Assembly: GCA_047495785.1 (NCBI GenBank)
Contig: JBLDXI010000022.1
Span: forward strand, 1 to 64,000
From: Lepidodermella squamata
Taxonomy: Eukaryota > Animalia > Gastrotricha
Direction of reading: 5' to 3'
Length of the DNA: 64,000 bases
In this document: piece after piece, positions 62,584 to 64,000 of the stretch
Numbering within the stretch: position 1 is the first letter of the stretch
Layout of the letters: every line of letters starts with the position of its first letter
The notes under the pieces: generated by a model
What the model saw: the letters and a program-made list of their open reading frames with translations, nothing else
Told to the model about the DNA's origin: nothing
The model's database searches: none
Program-made: the position numbers and the translations under genes

Positions 62584-64000
62584 AACTTGGAGTTTGGAAC
62601 GGCTTCGGCATTGCCAATAGGCCGTACGAGTTTCAGTTAGCTGTAGATGAGTCAGAGTGCGAGGTTTTCTTCGGTGTAGAGTCGTGGTTCAAAGCAGCCA
62701 CGCAGATAGAATTGCCTGGGTTCAAGTTGTTCACCTTCAACCAGGTGGTCGACGGAATCGAGGCGGGCAGACGGGGTTTAGCAGCCTGGGTGAAAGAGGG
62801 CCTTGATGTCGTCCGACAGCGGAACGGCACAGGCGAGAACGTAGAGTGGATGGCGTTAGATGTAGCATGCTCGGGTCAGGAGACGGTGACTTTTGTTACA
62901 GTCTACGTCCCTAACGGTGAGCGGGCCTTCGATGCAACATTCTTACGAGAACTGGCGTTGCACGGGCCGGTGGTGGTTTGTGGTGATTTCAACTGTCACC
63001 ATAGGCGACTGTGGGCAGGAGATAAGCGGGACAACGGGGCAGGTAGAGAAGTGCTCAGGCTTGTAGAGGATGGCTCGTTAGAGCTCATTAGCGCTGGGGC
63101 ACCGACGCACAAGCATGGCGGGCAGCTAGATCTATGGCTAGCTTCGCCGGACTTGGCCGGTCAGTTCGGTGTACCCGATGTGGGCGGGTGCTACGGCAGT
63201 GACCATAACCTGGTTGCGGTCGATTTCGAACTTAGCGCGAGTCGTTCTCCCTATCCCAAGGTGAGGTTCGACTATAATAAGATGAACGAAGGATTCTACC
63301 AGGCAGTTGTTAAAGACAAGCTGCTGAAGATTCCGTTGCCTGCAAGGGCGAGTGTAGAAGAGGTACGTAGGTTCGATGGCGAAATCAATAAGGCCATGCA
63401 GGAGGCACGTGATAGATCAGTGCCAACGGTGTTAGCAAAACAGCTGAAAAAGTACAGGTCGACACCGCAGATGGCTGCGTTGATCGAGCGTCGACATAAA
63501 GCGTTGCGACAGTACCGTTCTACGGGAAACCCTGTGTTTCAGGCCAGGGCGGACGCGTTCTATGCTCGATTCAAAGAGTTAGCAGCCTTAGCTGAAGAGC
63601 GCAAGCACACGCGTAACCTTCAGCGGATGGAAAAGCGTAGAAGGGTAGACTCGGGGGCGTTCTTCCGGTCTTTTCGTGAGATCACAGCTGAGAGTGGGTC
63701 GGCACCAGGACCAGCGATCCGCACCCTGACCAACGAGGCAGGTGAGCTGGTTGTCGGTGACGCGGCCAGAGCCGAGTTGTTCCGCGATCATTACAAGTCT
63801 CAGTTGAACCCTAAGCCGAAAGTCGAGAGTGATCCAGAGATCAAGGCACATCATGCCGAGGTCGAAAGGATTGTTCAAGAGGATCGGGAGTTGTTTAACC
63901 CGATTGAGACCAAGGAGATTGACGTGAAAGTCATGATCTCAAGGGCTGAGATGAGAAGCGCGGTTCGACGTTTGAAGCTCAAGGCTCCAGGCCGGGATGA
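62568..64000 (+). CDS. ORF2p of element B (AP endonuclease and start of RT), truncated by the window end; not in the ORF track
   Basis: Manual translation from ATG 62568: MPRSVKLGVWNGFG...GVESWF...VYVP...CGDFNCHH...PTHKHGGQLDLWL...YGSDH...RFDYNK...LKLKAPGRD; overlaps the ORF1 stop by 16 nt. Confidence 0.93.
   Translation, partial: MPRSVKLGVWNGFGIANRPYEFQLAVDESECEVFFGVESWFKAATQIELPGFKLFTFNQVVDGIEAGRRGLAAWVKEGLDVVRQRNGTGENVEWMALDVACSGQETVTFVTVYVPNGERAFDATFLRELALHGPVVVCGDFNCHHRRLWAGDKRDNGAGREVLRLVEDGSLELISAGAPTHKHGGQLDLWLASPDLAGQFGVPDVGGCYGSDHNLVAVDFELSASRSPYPKVRFDYNKMNEGFYQAVVKDKLLKIPLPARASVEEVRRFDGEINKAMQEARDRSVPTVLAKQLKKYRSTPQMAALIERRHKALRQYRSTGNPVFQARADAFYARFKELAALAEERKHTRNLQRMEKRRRVDSGAFFRSFREITAESGSAPGPAIRTLTNEAGELVVGDAARAELFRDHYKSQLNPKPKVESDPEIKAHHAEVERIVQEDRELFNPIETKEIDVKVMISRAEMRSAVRRLKLKAPGRD

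Larger units (their letters stand above)
57466..64000 (+). mobile_element. Second APE-type non-LTR retrotransposon (element B) joined to the IGS; runs off the window
   Basis: IGS identity ends at CACCACTTCG (57465), followed by a long ORF1 with CCHC knuckles and an overlapping APE-containing ORF2. The 3' junction is not visible. Confidence 0.9.

Overview
The window is a eukaryotic (animal, probably protostome) nuclear rDNA tandem array. It holds six near-identical ~8.46-kb units, each with 18S-ITS1-5.8S-ITS2-28S on the minus strand and a 5S gene on the plus strand in the intergenic spacer (IGS). Almost all short ORFs in the track are non-coding frames of rRNA or spacer. Three clear insertions interrupt the array, plus the probable end of a fourth at bases 1-14. 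(1) A full-length ~6.5-kb APE-type non-LTR retrotransposon sits in the IGS (33582-40112); its 5' end is a diverged double copy of the IGS it interrupts. (2) A 397-bp non-coding element sits in the 28S peptidyl-transferase centre (41747-42143) with an 11-bp target duplication. Its 5' end forms an HDV-like ribozyme whose P1 helix is completed by the flanking 28S sequence, as expected of a SIDE-like non-autonomous retroelement, but at a non-R2 site. (3) A second, related but strongly diverged non-LTR element starts about 33 bp further along the same IGS (57466 to window end). Its 1695-aa ORF1 joins a ~1000-aa repetitive, hydrophobic extension to a normal-sized Gag-like protein through an exact ubiquitin C-terminal motif (VLRLRGG). 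Unit 3 is a variant haplotype. rRNA end coordinates are estimated by eye from conserved motifs and may be off by a few bases; all alignments and folds were done manually.
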